Positions 7,512-8,419 of a stretch of DNA of 8,419 nucleotides are shown here, one piece after another. The stretch is from Selaginella moellendorffii (taxonomy: Eukaryota; Plantae; Lycopodiophyta): positions 1 through 8,419 of the forward strand of contig NW_003314630.1 in the NCBI RefSeq assembly GCF_000143415.4, written 5' to 3'. A program made the position numbers and the translations under genes. Position 1 is the first letter of the stretch; the number at the start of each line of letters is the position of its first letter. Under the pieces are notes generated by a model. It was not told the origin of the DNA. It saw only the letters and a program-made list of their open reading frames with translations, and made no database searches.

Positions 7512-8419
7512 CATGGGCAATGTAGTCTAAAATCTTCATAGCCAGATATAGTGACCTACTTATGGCTTGAATATCAAAGATCACAGTGACTCAGTAGCAT
7601 AACTTACTAGAGTAGCTCTTTTCCAACAAGTAAAACTCATTCTTCAAGTACTCTGGAAGAATTCTTGTAAGGAAAGAAAATTGATTTTCACTTGAATGCT
7701 CTTATTAGTCATCTTAGATTGTATAATCAGAGGTGATATTGGTGTAAGGGAAACTAGTGCCATAAGAAGACTTGATTAAACTTAAGGTGGCTGTTGCCTT
7801 CTTTTTCTCCAGAAGCTCAATCAAGTGACAATAAAGCCCACCTTTGTTTCTTGCATCACAACATTTCTCCACTTTAGTATCTAGCTTCCATGTAGCTATT
7901 GGGTGGCTCTTCCAGCAACTTTGAGCTGAGTTGGGATGCCATGGAGGATTGGAAGGAGACTGCCAACAAGGAGGTGAGTGACGTATTTGTCTTCATTGAT
8001 TTACCTCCTGAAATCCATAGAGCTAATGGTTGTGATGTTGATTTTGGTGATTAGCCTTAAATAACCAGTAAAAGTATGCTTTTTGCACCAAGGCATTCAC
8101 AACCAAGTGACTAATATATTATTTGAATTGGATTGGGACTGTTTGGGAAGATTTCAAATGAGATGGGAAGGATTTCCTGCTTGTGACACAACAATAGTGA
8201 GTGAGATCAAAATTATTCATCTTAAGTCAGTATAACATGACCATCTATCTTCAAAGATGTCACTAGAATTCAAATATAACAATGAGAAATAATTACTATG
8301 CTGAGTGGATAAACTACTACAATTAATAGAAATTTTAGTGGATATCTAAGATGTTGTGTAAATCTAGTGTAGTGTATATGATCATGGATGAAATTTAGAT
8401 ATTGTCACTATAGATTTTT

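Larger units (their letters stand above)
6345..8050 (-). pseudogene. 5' half of the same interrupted multi-exon pseudogene; protein family not recognised
   Basis: One protein-like frame runs from ~7690 to 6346 through four in-phase introns: FLTRILPEYLKNEFYLLEK...DYIAH|EDMK...AWEFLDLLLTCEAIEFYY...LQTEV|KLPQ...VEALQ|TSEYYQ...NIDLQ|WWCQWSG...GLVEIAKKLEMI*MYIRHKVL. About 12 stops in ~370 codons. Upstream boundary uncertain. Confidence 0.55.

Noticed and set aside
7905-8053. Plus-strand open stretch SSNFELSWDAMEDWKETANKEVSDVFVF with a GTGAGT donor-like site
   Set aside because: No start codon context or linked exons. It is the exact antisense of the upstream minus-strand frame, though which strand is real here is not fully certain.
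1-8419. Prokaryotic features, CRISPR arrays, tRNA/rRNA genes, DNA-transposon TIRs
   Set aside because: No repeat-spacer arrays, structured RNA signatures or terminal inverted repeats were seen. The content is eukaryotic.

Overview
Eukaryotic, plant-like DNA with two nested, decayed components. (1) A full-length but inactivated Ty3/gypsy LTR retrotransposon on the + strand (1597-6344, 4748 bp). It has ~232-bp TG...CA LTRs (~84% identical), a non-Met PBS-like site, a PPT, and gag-CCHC-protease-RT-RNaseH-integrase broken by stops, frameshifts and deletions. Its 3' end is chromovirus-like, but the chromodomain body seems to be missing. (2) The element sits inside a long, intron-rich pseudogene on the - strand that the ORF track does not show as a gene. 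It spans essentially the whole window (at least ~8050 to 6345, then 1596 to beyond position 1) with about eight 41-75 nt GT-AG introns. Its C-terminal half carries Ulp1/SENP (peptidase C48)-like motifs in the correct order (WLNDE ... KLVFV ... FHLVFV ... YHLNT ... EDC). I cannot assign its N-terminal half. All translations, alignments and counts were done by hand; no database searches were run.
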